Assembly: GCA_029856145.1 (NCBI GenBank)
Contig: JAHQWK010000031.1
Coordinates: forward strand, 1 to 64,000
Source: Promethearchaeia archaeon
GTDB lineage: Archaea > Asgardarchaeota > Lokiarchaeia > Sigyniarchaeales > SOKP01
Reading direction: 5' to 3'
Length of the DNA: 64,000 nucleotides
The notes beneath the pieces are model-generated. The model had not been told where the DNA came from. It made no database searches and was given only the letters and a program-made list of their open reading frames with translations. A program made the position numbers and the translations under genes. Below, piece by piece: positions 7,940-16,968 of the stretch (position 1 is the stretch's first letter; the number at the start of each line of letters is the position of its first letter).

Positions 7940-9994
7940 TTATTTTCTTTTTGAGATTAACAGTAGAACAATACCAAGAACTCCGACTACGCTAATAACT
8001 CCTCCCGCTATTGTGAATATAAAGAAGATATTATTGCCTAACGTGTAATTATCTACTGGTAAATTTGCTTGAGCTTGTATATTATCTAATACTAGAGTAT
8101 CTCTGATATTTGCTAACCATGATAGGATTGCATCCATTTGATCATAAGTTAGTGAAGTATCATAATAAGTAAGTCCTACTCTCACACTTGAGGTATTAAT
8201 GTGTTCTAGTAAAAAATTATATGCACTTCCGTTATCCATTGCACGAAACCAGTATGATATACCTTTCCAATTAACTAAAGAATAATCTTCATCTACATTC
8301 CATAACAAGTATGTTGTGTAATAAGAAATATTGCTTTTCGTTGGAACACCTATTTCCCATCCACTAATAGACGGTATTCCTTGAAATGGCACTATATCCA
8401 ATCCATCTTTGTAGATACTACCGTTCGACCATTGACGATAAAATTCAATTTGTGTATATGTGTACATTCTAGTTCTGGTATAACGCCAAGTAATTGAAGG
8501 AGTGATATTATATCTCAATGTAGTAAATAACCAGTCATTTATCATGTTGAATTGATCTAAATCCAAATTAAAAGTAGTAATTAATTCGGTCTGAGCGGTG
8601 GAATCTCCTTCATACGCATCAATCCATTTAATAATCCCATTTCTATCAATGAATGATGAAGTGTTTGATGGGTCAAGGAGAGCAAGTGCTGAAGCTACTG
8701 AAATATTTGATTTTGTTGGAATTCCTATTTCAAAGGGCTCTACATCTTCTCTTAGATTAAACCCTTCTTTTATCTGTGTACCATTAGCCCATTGTTCTAC
8801 ATATAGAATATCAGAATATTCTTCTATTGACATTCCAATTCCTATTGGATCTGGGAGGGTATAAATTAGCTCAACTATGTTATTTCTTATAGTAACGAAT
8901 AACCAAGAATAAATTCTACTTGTTGATGCATTATTTAGTTTAAAAGCAGTTTTTAGTCCATTTTGAACAGATAGATTACCATTCCTCGCAGCGAACCATT
9001 TCAAAATCCCTTCATCGTTAACAAAAGATGAACTATTCAGGGGATCCCAGAGATTCATTGCTGAAGTGTAATTAATGTTTGTTGGATCATTTATACCAAC
9101 TTCTAAACCAGTTAAAGTGGATGTGATATGTTCACTAAAATACATTAAATCGAATCCACTTAATATCCAAGATGCATTAGCCCATTGATCATAGAAGACA
9201 AGTTCGGCATATGTTTCAAGTTCCATTGGAGCATAATCATTTTTTACTATAACATCCCATAAGTATGTAGTAATATAAGCTGAAAAATTTTGGAGCTGAC
9301 CAGATGACCAGGTACAATTGTAGACAGTCTGCATTAATGATCTATTAGTATCGATATCATCTTTAGCGTTATAATAAAATTCAAGCCAATCTGAAAGTTC
9401 AGTTCCATAGGTAAGATCATTAAACAATCCTGGGTAATCTGTATCATTATATGTTCGCCCCAATAATAGATATCGCGCAGCTGCAATAGTGTAATTAAGG
9501 CTTTCTGTACCTCCCATCATATGTTCTGAAACACCTTCTATTGTAGAGTAGTAATCATCTTGAAATGTATAATTGTTGAAAAATATTTCTCTTGCAAGAG
9601 GTAATGTGGTTGAATTATACGTATTAACATCAGATATTGTATTAGCAATAGCTGAAGCAGCTCTGGATGCGTTAATATATTCTGGTAAAAGTTCAAGTGT
9701 TACATTTTTAAGATATAATAAAGTTGAGGGTATACCATAAACTAACGCAAAATCCCTTTCTATCTCAATAATGTGCGTATCGTATATTGCTGGAAGGACA
9801 TTATAAATTCCTAGGCCGAGATAATTAGCTTCCATATCGGAGTTAACCTCATCTTCTAAAGTAATTAAAAAAGGTGAAACCTGTGCATTAACGGTATCCC
9901 GTAGATAAGCTTTAATGAACAACCCAGAAGGGATAAGTCCTAATCCAATGATTAATAGAATTAATGATAAGTTTATTTTAGATTTATATAGCAT
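7940..9994 (-). CDS. two-TM membrane glycoprotein with a large repeated extracellular domain
   Basis: N- and C-terminal TM helices, three QW(A/S)N...EIG.P...NI...GI..W repeats and many N-x-S/T sequons. Confidence 0.8.
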   Translation of the reverse strand: MLYKSKINLSLILLIIGLGLIPSGLFIKAYLRDTVNAQVSPFLITLEDEVNSDMEANYLGLGIYNVLPAIYDTHIIEIERDFALVYGIPSTLLYLKNVTLELLPEYINASRAASAIANTISDVNTYNSTTLPLAREIFFNNYTFQDDYYSTIEGVSEHMMGGTESLNYTIAAARYLLLGRTYNDTDYPGLFNDLTYGTELSDWLEFYYNAKDDIDTNRSLMQTVYNCTWSSGQLQNFSAYITTYLWDVIVKNDYAPMELETYAELVFYDQWANASWILSGFDLMYFSEHITSTLTGLEVGINDPTNINYTSAMNLWDPLNSSSFVNDEGILKWFAARNGNLSVQNGLKTAFKLNNASTSRIYSWLFVTIRNNIVELIYTLPDPIGIGMSIEEYSDILYVEQWANGTQIKEGFNLREDVEPFEIGIPTKSNISVASALALLDPSNTSSFIDRNGIIKWIDAYEGDSTAQTELITTFNLDLDQFNMINDWLFTTLRYNITPSITWRYTRTRMYTYTQIEFYRQWSNGSIYKDGLDIVPFQGIPSISGWEIGVPTKSNISYYTTYLLWNVDEDYSLVNWKGISYWFRAMDNGSAYNFLLEHINTSSVRVGLTYYDTSLTYDQMDAILSWLANIRDTLVLDNIQAQANLPVDNYTLGNNIFFIFTIAGGVISVVGVLGIVLLLISKRK

Positions 9995-10189
9995 AATAAA
10001 TATTTTGAATTGTATAATATTATTAAATATTTCTACTGAAAATACAATGAATTCTTTTATTGAAAATTCATCAATTATTTGATTTTGATAATATATAATA
10101 ATCTAAAGTAATTAATTGGATCTTTATTGTGAAAAATCTTTTTTTATAAAAAAAAACTTTTTAAGGAGTCTATATTAAAATGATTAATT

Positions 10190-10747
10190 ATGCAGAAAGT
10201 AACAATTTTAAAATTTTTTCTACCCATTGCAATCTTGGCTAGTATTTTTTCAGGACCTCTCTACAATCTTTTATTATTCTTAAATATCTGGGTTATTGAA
10301 ACTCATTGGTCACTTTTTTTTGATCCCATATTCTTTTCAACTTTGATGGCTTTGAGTTTTATTCTATTTACAGTAATATTCATTATTTCAACAAGATATA
10401 TCGAAAAATTAATGAAAGAACAGTTCATGATCTTAGGGATACTCTTAATAGGTTTTTGTTGTATTTTTGCTAGTTTAATTTGGGTATTGGAAATTGTTAT
10501 AATGGTATTTTTTATTACTAGTGCAGCAACCGCTTTCCTAATTCCTATATTTCTTAAATATACTTCTAATATAGCACAAAAAAAGTATGAAAACAAACAA
10601 CTATCATTCATTTTACCGTTAAGTGCATTGATTTGGATCTCTATTTCGTTTCTACTATTTAATATGATTGGAATACATTGGAGATTTCTTTACTTAATTA
10701 CCGGCGTTATCAATATTTTATCATCATTAGTATTTGTATTTATATAG
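10190..10747 (+). CDS. membrane protein, half-MFS-like (~6 TM)
   Basis: Highly hydrophobic 185 aa ending IGIHWRFLYLITG, similar to the MFS N-domain GWR motif. Confidence 0.6.
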   Translation: MQKVTILKFFLPIAILASIFSGPLYNLLLFLNIWVIETHWSLFFDPIFFSTLMALSFILFTVIFIISTRYIEKLMKEQFMILGILLIGFCCIFASLIWVLEIVIMVFFITSAATAFLIPIFLKYTSNIAQKKYENKQLSFILPLSALIWISISFLLFNMIGIHWRFLYLITGVINILSSLVFVFI

Positions 10748-10943
10748 ATTAAAACTTTGAAGAATAAAATCACATATTCGAAATTGCTAATAAGCAAATA
10801 ACAGATATCATTATTTTTTTCTTACTTTATGATAAAAATCATAGCTAATTCTAAAGAGAGATAATATTAATACTATCCTTAATATTATTATTTAATACAT
10901 TAATTCTTTCAAATCAGTATGAAAATGTTAGAGGGGTAAAATA

Positions 10944-11744
10944 ATGTCAAATGAAATCCCGGACAATGTAAAGGTATCTTTAAGATCCATAGGTCTTACC
11001 GATTATGAGATCTCAATATATCTCACATTAATAAGTAAAGGACCTATGGATGCAAGAGAGCTTTCTGATGCTTCTGGTGTCCCATATTCAAGAATTTATA
11101 ATATACTAACTCAACTTGAGAAACAGAAAATGTGGCTAGTTAAAGAAGAAGAATCGAGACCTAGTCGTTATTTTGCTAAAAGTCCTGATGAGGCATTGGT
11201 TATTGCGAAGAAACAATATAGTGATAGTTTTTATGAACATTCAAATAGAATAATCAATACGTTAGCACCAATTTATCAATCTCATGATACTCCAATTAAA
11301 ATTGCTCTTTATATTCATCGTGGTAGGGATGTATGTATTAATAAAGCATTATCATTGATTAATTTGGCAAAAACTGCTATATATCTAGTCTCTACCAAAT
11401 ATGAATTTTTGGAAGTGTTTTATGAGGATATAAAAAAAGCAAGAGCACGAGGTGTAACTGATTTAAGGCTTCTCATAGAAGCCGAAGCTTTAGAAGATAA
11501 AAAATTCCGTAGCTTAATTAAAAAATATGCTTCACTCTGCGAAATAAGATGGAGAGATCAAATATTTGGAAGTGCAGTTATTATAGATGAAGGGGAAGAT
11601 GCGTTTATTATGCTTTCGGAGAGCTTTTTCCCTAAAAAAATGTCGTATTTTGGTGTTTTAACCGATCATGTGGCTTTTGGCCCTGCTTCTTTGTATTACT
11701 ATGATTATCTTTATAAATCCGCAAAGGAAGCCAAAATAGATTAA
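10944..11744 (+). CDS. TrmB family transcriptional regulator
   Basis: GLTDYEISIYLTL...ELSDASGVPYSRIYNIL HTH plus a PLD-like effector domain. Confidence 0.92.
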   Translation: MSNEIPDNVKVSLRSIGLTDYEISIYLTLISKGPMDARELSDASGVPYSRIYNILTQLEKQKMWLVKEEESRPSRYFAKSPDEALVIAKKQYSDSFYEHSNRIINTLAPIYQSHDTPIKIALYIHRGRDVCINKALSLINLAKTAIYLVSTKYEFLEVFYEDIKKARARGVTDLRLLIEAEALEDKKFRSLIKKYASLCEIRWRDQIFGSAVIIDEGEDAFIMLSESFFPKKMSYFGVLTDHVAFGPASLYYYDYLYKSAKEAKID

Positions 11745-11790
11745 ACTTATTTTGAATAAAAAGAGAAAAAATTGATTGTTAAAATCCTAA

Positions 11791-12255
11791 CTATTTTAAA
11801 AAAGTGCGCTTACCTAAATAAATAAAAAGTTCTGATAATTCAAAAATTGTTAAGGGCATTATTAACTGAGCCATACTTGTACGAAGTTCCTCTTTATCTT
11901 TTCCTGCTAGTATTAATCTTCTTATATCTTCAACGTAATCATCCATATTCAAGAATAATATCTCGATTTTATCAACTCCTGTCAATTCTTCGATATCCTT
12001 ATCTAAGTGCTCTTCAACTTTATTAAGTAACCCTAATTTTAACTTTGGGCTTAAATCATGCTTAATTATAAGACGGTTCATCTCTTCGATAATAATATTT
12101 AAGCTTAAGTTCCAATCGGCATTTTCTGTATATTTTGGAATCAAAATTTCACTAATTATAACCTCAAATAGAGTAGTTGGTGTTTTTTTATCAAAATCAA
12201 CTTCTGTACCATTACTTAACTGGATTTTTTTTACCTCTGACATATCAAATCTCAA
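11791..12255 (-). CDS. hypothetical protein (start may be ATG 12243)
   Basis: 154-aa ORF with normal composition and no recognised motif. Confidence 0.7.
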   Translation of the reverse strand: MRFDMSEVKKIQLSNGTEVDFDKKTPTTLFEVIISEILIPKYTENADWNLSLNIIIEEMNRLIIKHDLSPKLKLGLLNKVEEHLDKDIEELTGVDKIEILFLNMDDYVEDIRRLILAGKDKEELRTSMAQLIMPLTIFELSELFIYLGKRTFLK

Positions 12256-12440
12256 CTTAGTTGATTATTTTTGTTAATTCTTAATAATTAATGGACTACG
12301 ATATAATAAATATTTTTATACTCAATATAAATTAAAAACTTTCAAAAATTAAAATGTACATGTTTATAATTTTGATTCAAATAAATTAAAAAAATGTTGT
12401 TTTAATAAAATTAATTAAAAATCATTTAATGATTTGACAT

Positions 12441-13580
12441 ATGAATAAATTCGAAAAAGCTCAAAAATTACTCCAAGTTATAAATGGAGATGGGTGGTTA
12501 ATAATTTGTAATGAAGATAATGATATTCATTCCCGTTATTTATTAGGAGTTGGTTCTCATGCTCTTCATGCGATTTTTATTGCTGCTGATGGAAAACATA
12601 AGGTTCTTCCTGTAGTAATGGAAGCAAATATGATAAAAAATTCATTTGAGGAAAAAGGAATTGACGCAGAAATTATTCCCTTTAATTCTTTAAATGATTT
12701 TGTTGAAAAATTAAAGCCTATTGTCAACAAACCTAAGATAGCTCTCAATTTTGGAGAGAATATTTTTGAGTCAGACGCAACTTCATATGCAGATTATATA
12801 CCATTTGGGACTCATCTAGCTTTACAAAAGTTGGCACCAAATACAAATTTTATCTCAGCAGCACCTATTATATATGAACTTAGAAGTGTTAAATCACCAA
12901 AAGAATTAAAAGATTTACGGAATGTATGTAAAGCTACTATTGAATTATTAGAAACTATTCCAGATATGGTAAAAGTTGGGATGACAGAACGAGAAGTCAT
13001 GGCGAAATTAGAATATGAATATTCAAAAGTAGGAAAACCTTCTTTTCCGGCAATAGTGGCTACTGGAAAATATTCTGCGGACCCCCATCATAATAGTTCA
13101 AACGAGAAAATAAAACCTGGGCCTCTTTTAATTGATACAGGAATGCAGATTGAGGATATGTGTTCAGATATTACTTGGACTTACTGGGTGGGTAATAATC
13201 CTCCAGAAGAATTTATAGATGCGTATAACGCATTATATGAATCAAAAGAAATTGCTAATAAATTTTATATTGATGGTACTCCAAGTCGTCTACCCGCTAT
13301 AAAGTGTCGTGAATACTTAGCTGAAAAAGGCTATGATCATGAGAAATTGTTCTTTCACGGGTTAGGGCACGCATTAGGTTTCGAAGCTCACGGTGTTGGT
13401 CCTCGAGTAAGCTGGAAAGCTCCTGAAAATTCTATACTCAAAGAAAATATGGTATATACAAATGAACCAGGGCTATATTGGATCGAAAAATGGGGAATTC
13501 GGCTAGAAGACGATATTATAATTGGGAAAGAAAAATGCGAACAAGTAACTTACAATCCTAAAGACCCTATTGTGATCTAA
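12441..13580 (+). CDS. Xaa-Pro peptidase (M24 family)
   Basis: PHH, DTG...SDIT, HGLGHALG, NEPGLY and GIRLEDD metal ligands. Confidence 0.93.
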   Translation: MNKFEKAQKLLQVINGDGWLIICNEDNDIHSRYLLGVGSHALHAIFIAADGKHKVLPVVMEANMIKNSFEEKGIDAEIIPFNSLNDFVEKLKPIVNKPKIALNFGENIFESDATSYADYIPFGTHLALQKLAPNTNFISAAPIIYELRSVKSPKELKDLRNVCKATIELLETIPDMVKVGMTEREVMAKLEYEYSKVGKPSFPAIVATGKYSADPHHNSSNEKIKPGPLLIDTGMQIEDMCSDITWTYWVGNNPPEEFIDAYNALYESKEIANKFYIDGTPSRLPAIKCREYLAEKGYDHEKLFFHGLGHALGFEAHGVGPRVSWKAPENSILKENMVYTNEPGLYWIEKWGIRLEDDIIIGKEKCEQVTYNPKDPIVI

Positions 13581-14000
13581 AAGCATAGCAGTTTCAGATC
13601 TCTATCTGGGAATATTACTGGTAAAAAATGAAAAAGACGGAAACCATGATACCCCGAAGGAAGATAATTCTATTATAATTTTCCATCAGTTAATGAAAAT
13701 AAAGACCATGAAGACCAAAAATTTAAGGAATTTGAAAAGATATTTTTTCCAAATGAGAATTTAAAAATTTTAAACATTTTCAAATTAAAAACATTTATCT
13801 TTTATGTAAAGAAGCTCTAATTTATTAGTCCGAAAAATAAATTTAACCCAATTTAATAAATCTATTTATTATATTGTTACTTCTATCAGAATAAGCTAAA
13901 TTTTAAGAATTTTCTACAACTATGTTTCTATACTTCAAAGTCATCTTTGTCATGTGAAAAAAAAGGAAATTCTTAAATATGAATAAATTTCAATATATAT

Positions 14001-14207
14001 TGTCAAAAAATATTTAAAAGGAACGGAACACCATGATCAAAAATATATTCTTATACCTAATGCCGTTAAATCGGCTAAATACCTCAGCGGGAAGAGATTT
14101 TTTCTTCTCGGGGCAAACCCTTAACCCTGTTATTAGATAAATACGTCTCCTCTTTTTACAATTTTGAATATCATGGTTTCCGCTTCTTTCCTACTCCTTT
14201 TTTGACA
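14001..14207 (+). ncRNA. putative structured non-coding RNA or inverted-repeat element
   Basis: Ends pair over ~45 nt (TGTCAAAAAA...CGGAACACCATGATCAAAAAT with ATTTTGAATATCATGGTTTCCG...TTTTTTGACA). Three internal hairpins. BRE/TATA-like AAAAGGAAATTCTTAAATA about 25 nt upstream. Lies between convergent genes. Confidence 0.55.
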
Positions 14208-14334
14208 TTTCGGTTTAATGACTTAACTAGATCTGTTTCATTACAGAATTTAATGAATATCACTTTTAAATCTTTTTATAAAGGCAAAAAATTCTAAATA
14301 ATAATTAAATATTTTTTTTTCTAATTTGATACCA

Positions 14335-15528
14335 TTAAGCTTTACTCAAATTAGGTAGAAATTTCTCATCTGAGATTTCAATCAGAGATTTTGTATAATC
14401 AATAATTTTTTTCGCAATTTCAGGATGAGAAAGCATTTGAACTTCTACTTTTTCACCCCTATCCCACAGTAAATAGGGTGTATCTTCATAAGGGGCATTT
14501 TCTTTAGCTTCTTTTATCCAACTATCTGGTAATTCATTTTTTAATTCTACATCGAGCATTCTTGCTAAAAAAATTGTCCATGCTCTAGGGACTACAGTCA
14601 TTAAATAACCACCTCCTCCTAGTGCCAACCATTTATCTTGGCAATATTCACGGGCAGAAGTTTTCATAGTTTGAGCAATATCCCTGTAAACTGCCAGGGA
14701 GAAACCCATTTGAGTTAATGGGTCATCAAAATATGTATCAACTCCGAGCTGGGTTATTAAAATATCTGGAGCATATGCTTCTAATAATTTTGGCACTGTT
14801 TTTCGAAATAAATTTATGAATGATTTGTTATATGTTCCGGGAAGTAAAGGAAAGTTGATAGAAAAACCTTTTCCTTTCCCCTCTCCGATCTCACTAATAT
14901 TTCCCGTCCCTGGAAAGAGAAATCTTCCATCCTCATGATAAGATATTGTTAAAACGTTAGGATCATCATAAAACAACCATTGAACACCATCTCCATGATG
15001 ACAATCAACATCTAAATAGGCAATTCTAATATCTTTTTTTAAATTCTTAAGATGCTTTATAGCAACTCCAATATCATTAAAAATGCAAAATCCTGAAGCT
15101 TTTTCCTTCATCGCATGATGTAGACCACCAGCAGGATTAAAAGTAATTTTAAATTCTTCATCATTCCACACAGTATCAGCAGCTATAATTGATGCTCCGC
15201 ATACCAAAGCAGATGCTTCATACATCCCTTTAAAAATAGGATTATCTCCTGGACCTAAGCCATAACGATAAGGAATAATACTGCTATCTTTAGGATTTTC
15301 ACTTAATTTTTTTACAATTTCGACATAATCTGGCGAATGGAGTCGTTCAATTTCGTGTTGTGTAGCTAATCGCGGTTTCATGATCGTAAGTCTTTGGTGC
15401 TCTAAGAGCTTTAATTTTTCCATTAGACTATATGTCAACTTAAGTCTTAAGGGTCTTAAAGGGTGATCTTTGCCAAAGTTGTATTTCTGGTAATCCTCAG
15501 TATAAATTATACCGACTCTATCTACCAT
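14335..15528 (-). CDS. histone deacetylase / AcuC family Zn-dependent deacetylase
   Basis: HPLRPLR, GGLHHA, SGFC, DCHHGDG and GGGGY motifs. Confidence 0.95.
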   Translation of the reverse strand: MVDRVGIIYTEDYQKYNFGKDHPLRPLRLKLTYSLMEKLKLLEHQRLTIMKPRLATQHEIERLHSPDYVEIVKKLSENPKDSSIIPYRYGLGPGDNPIFKGMYEASALVCGASIIAADTVWNDEEFKITFNPAGGLHHAMKEKASGFCIFNDIGVAIKHLKNLKKDIRIAYLDVDCHHGDGVQWLFYDDPNVLTISYHEDGRFLFPGTGNISEIGEGKGKGFSINFPLLPGTYNKSFINLFRKTVPKLLEAYAPDILITQLGVDTYFDDPLTQMGFSLAVYRDIAQTMKTSAREYCQDKWLALGGGGYLMTVVPRAWTIFLARMLDVELKNELPDSWIKEAKENAPYEDTPYLLWDRGEKVEVQMLSHPEIAKKIIDYTKSLIEISDEKFLPNLSKA

Positions 15529-15723
15529 AATTGTGATTAAAAGTAGAAATCCTATTAATTATATTAATGTAAATTATAATTCTCTTTTAATTTTCTAGGT
15601 AATAAATGATAAATTCGAAAAAAAGTAGTAATAAATATGAGAACTTGTATTATCAAAATATCATAGAAAAAAATAAACGTATTTGTAGATAGTTCATATA
15701 AAATTATTTTCCATCTTAAGAGA

Positions 15724-16278
15724 ATGAGCCAAAACTTTCGAAAATTCATCACTCGAGTCGGCCAACAATCTGAATTTAAACCTCTCAAAAACCAATTACT
15801 TAATTATTTAAAAAAAGAGAGCGAAAATAAATATAAAAATTACCCTCGGCTTTTAGAATTAATGCAAAATTATTGGCCTCAATACAAAGAACGTTCTCGC
15901 ATTTCTCATCTCTTAATAGAGCATCATGAGGAAATCTTTTCCTTTTATTTGAATTCCTTTTTTCATTTTCGGAAGAGAGGCTTATCATTTTCAGAACCAG
16001 AAGCTCCAACTCCTGTTGATTTTAAATTAGTCTTTAAATATCATTATAACGATAAAGAAATCGAAGTTATTGAAGATGTAATAGGGCAGTTAAATATTCA
16101 AACAAGTACAGAATCTATTCTGAAAAGAATTTTCATATTTACAATAAGTTCCTTCGGTTTTATGGTCGAGCAAATATTTGGAAGACCTTTTGCTTTCCAG
16201 TTTTTTGATATATCAGCAAATTCTCTTCCTAATAATGAATGGGAAGTAGTAGCAATTATTTCTGGAAGAGAACAATAA
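15724..16278 (+). CDS. hypothetical protein
   Basis: 184-aa ORF, no recognised motif. Confidence 0.7.
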   Translation: MSQNFRKFITRVGQQSEFKPLKNQLLNYLKKESENKYKNYPRLLELMQNYWPQYKERSRISHLLIEHHEEIFSFYLNSFFHFRKRGLSFSEPEAPTPVDFKLVFKYHYNDKEIEVIEDVIGQLNIQTSTESILKRIFIFTISSFGFMVEQIFGRPFAFQFFDISANSLPNNEWEVVAIISGREQ

Positions 16279-16300
16279 ATTAGAATTTGATTATCTTTAC

Positions 16301-16729
16301 TTAACCCTTACTAAGAAATGAGCTTAAATCCATCATATCATCCCCTCGTTTCACTTGTATCTTTGATTTTATCCCTTTGGCTTTCCGTTCTAAATATATA
16401 ATTGCATCGAGGGGTATTTTTCTTGGAACTCCTCCTCTACTTTGGATTATTGCTAACAAATAATCTATATTTTGTATCACATCAGGACTTATAAGCTCAT
16501 TATAAACGGCTTGGTATACATAGGGTTCATTATTTTCTATATTCTTTAAATGATTATATGCCTCTGGAACTAAAACAACTTTTAATACATAATCAATTTT
16601 TTCTGAAATTGACACAATTCTTTCCTGAGCTGCTTCTTTTCTTTTTTTAGCCTCCATCAATACCTTCATTTTTCTCATTCTAATTTTCTCTAATTCATGT
16701 TGGTCAAGATTATTTTCGTTCTCGTTCAT
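16301..16729 (-). CDS. PDCD5/TFAR19-like DNA-binding protein
   Basis: ELEKIRMRKMKVL...VLVPEAYNHL...KIQVKR pattern. Confidence 0.7.
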   Translation of the reverse strand: MNENENNLDQHELEKIRMRKMKVLMEAKKRKEAAQERIVSISEKIDYVLKVVLVPEAYNHLKNIENNEPYVYQAVYNELISPDVIQNIDYLLAIIQSRGGVPRKIPLDAIIYLERKAKGIKSKIQVKRGDDMMDLSSFLSKG

Positions 16730-16968
16730 AATTCTTCTTTCTCCTTCTTCGCTTTTATTGATCCGCAGCTCTTAATAATTTAAAGTATTAATATTTAATC
16801 CATTTTTTATAATTAAAATAATGAGGCTATAAATAAGAATTTTGTGTTGGTTAAGATGGAATTTGAATTGGATGAATAACTAAACATATTAAATCAATGG
16901 ACTTAAAATTTAAATTGAAAAAAATAATTTTTTTTTTAGTCTAATTTTTATAAAAAAGTCTGCTTAAT

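Noticed and set aside
13611-13662. Resemblance of ATATTACTGG...ACCATGATACCCCGAAGG to the U1 snRNA 5' end and stem-loop I
   Set aside because: The bases after GAAGG cannot close stem I, the splice-site-pairing ACTTACCTG is broken, and no further U1 structure is evident; treated as coincidence.
14001-14207. Known riboswitch (GGCAAACC as in c-di-GMP-I, GGGAA as in cobalamin) or SECIS
   Set aside because: The other conserved elements are absent, there is no downstream gene on the + strand, and the flanking genes have no in-frame TGA.
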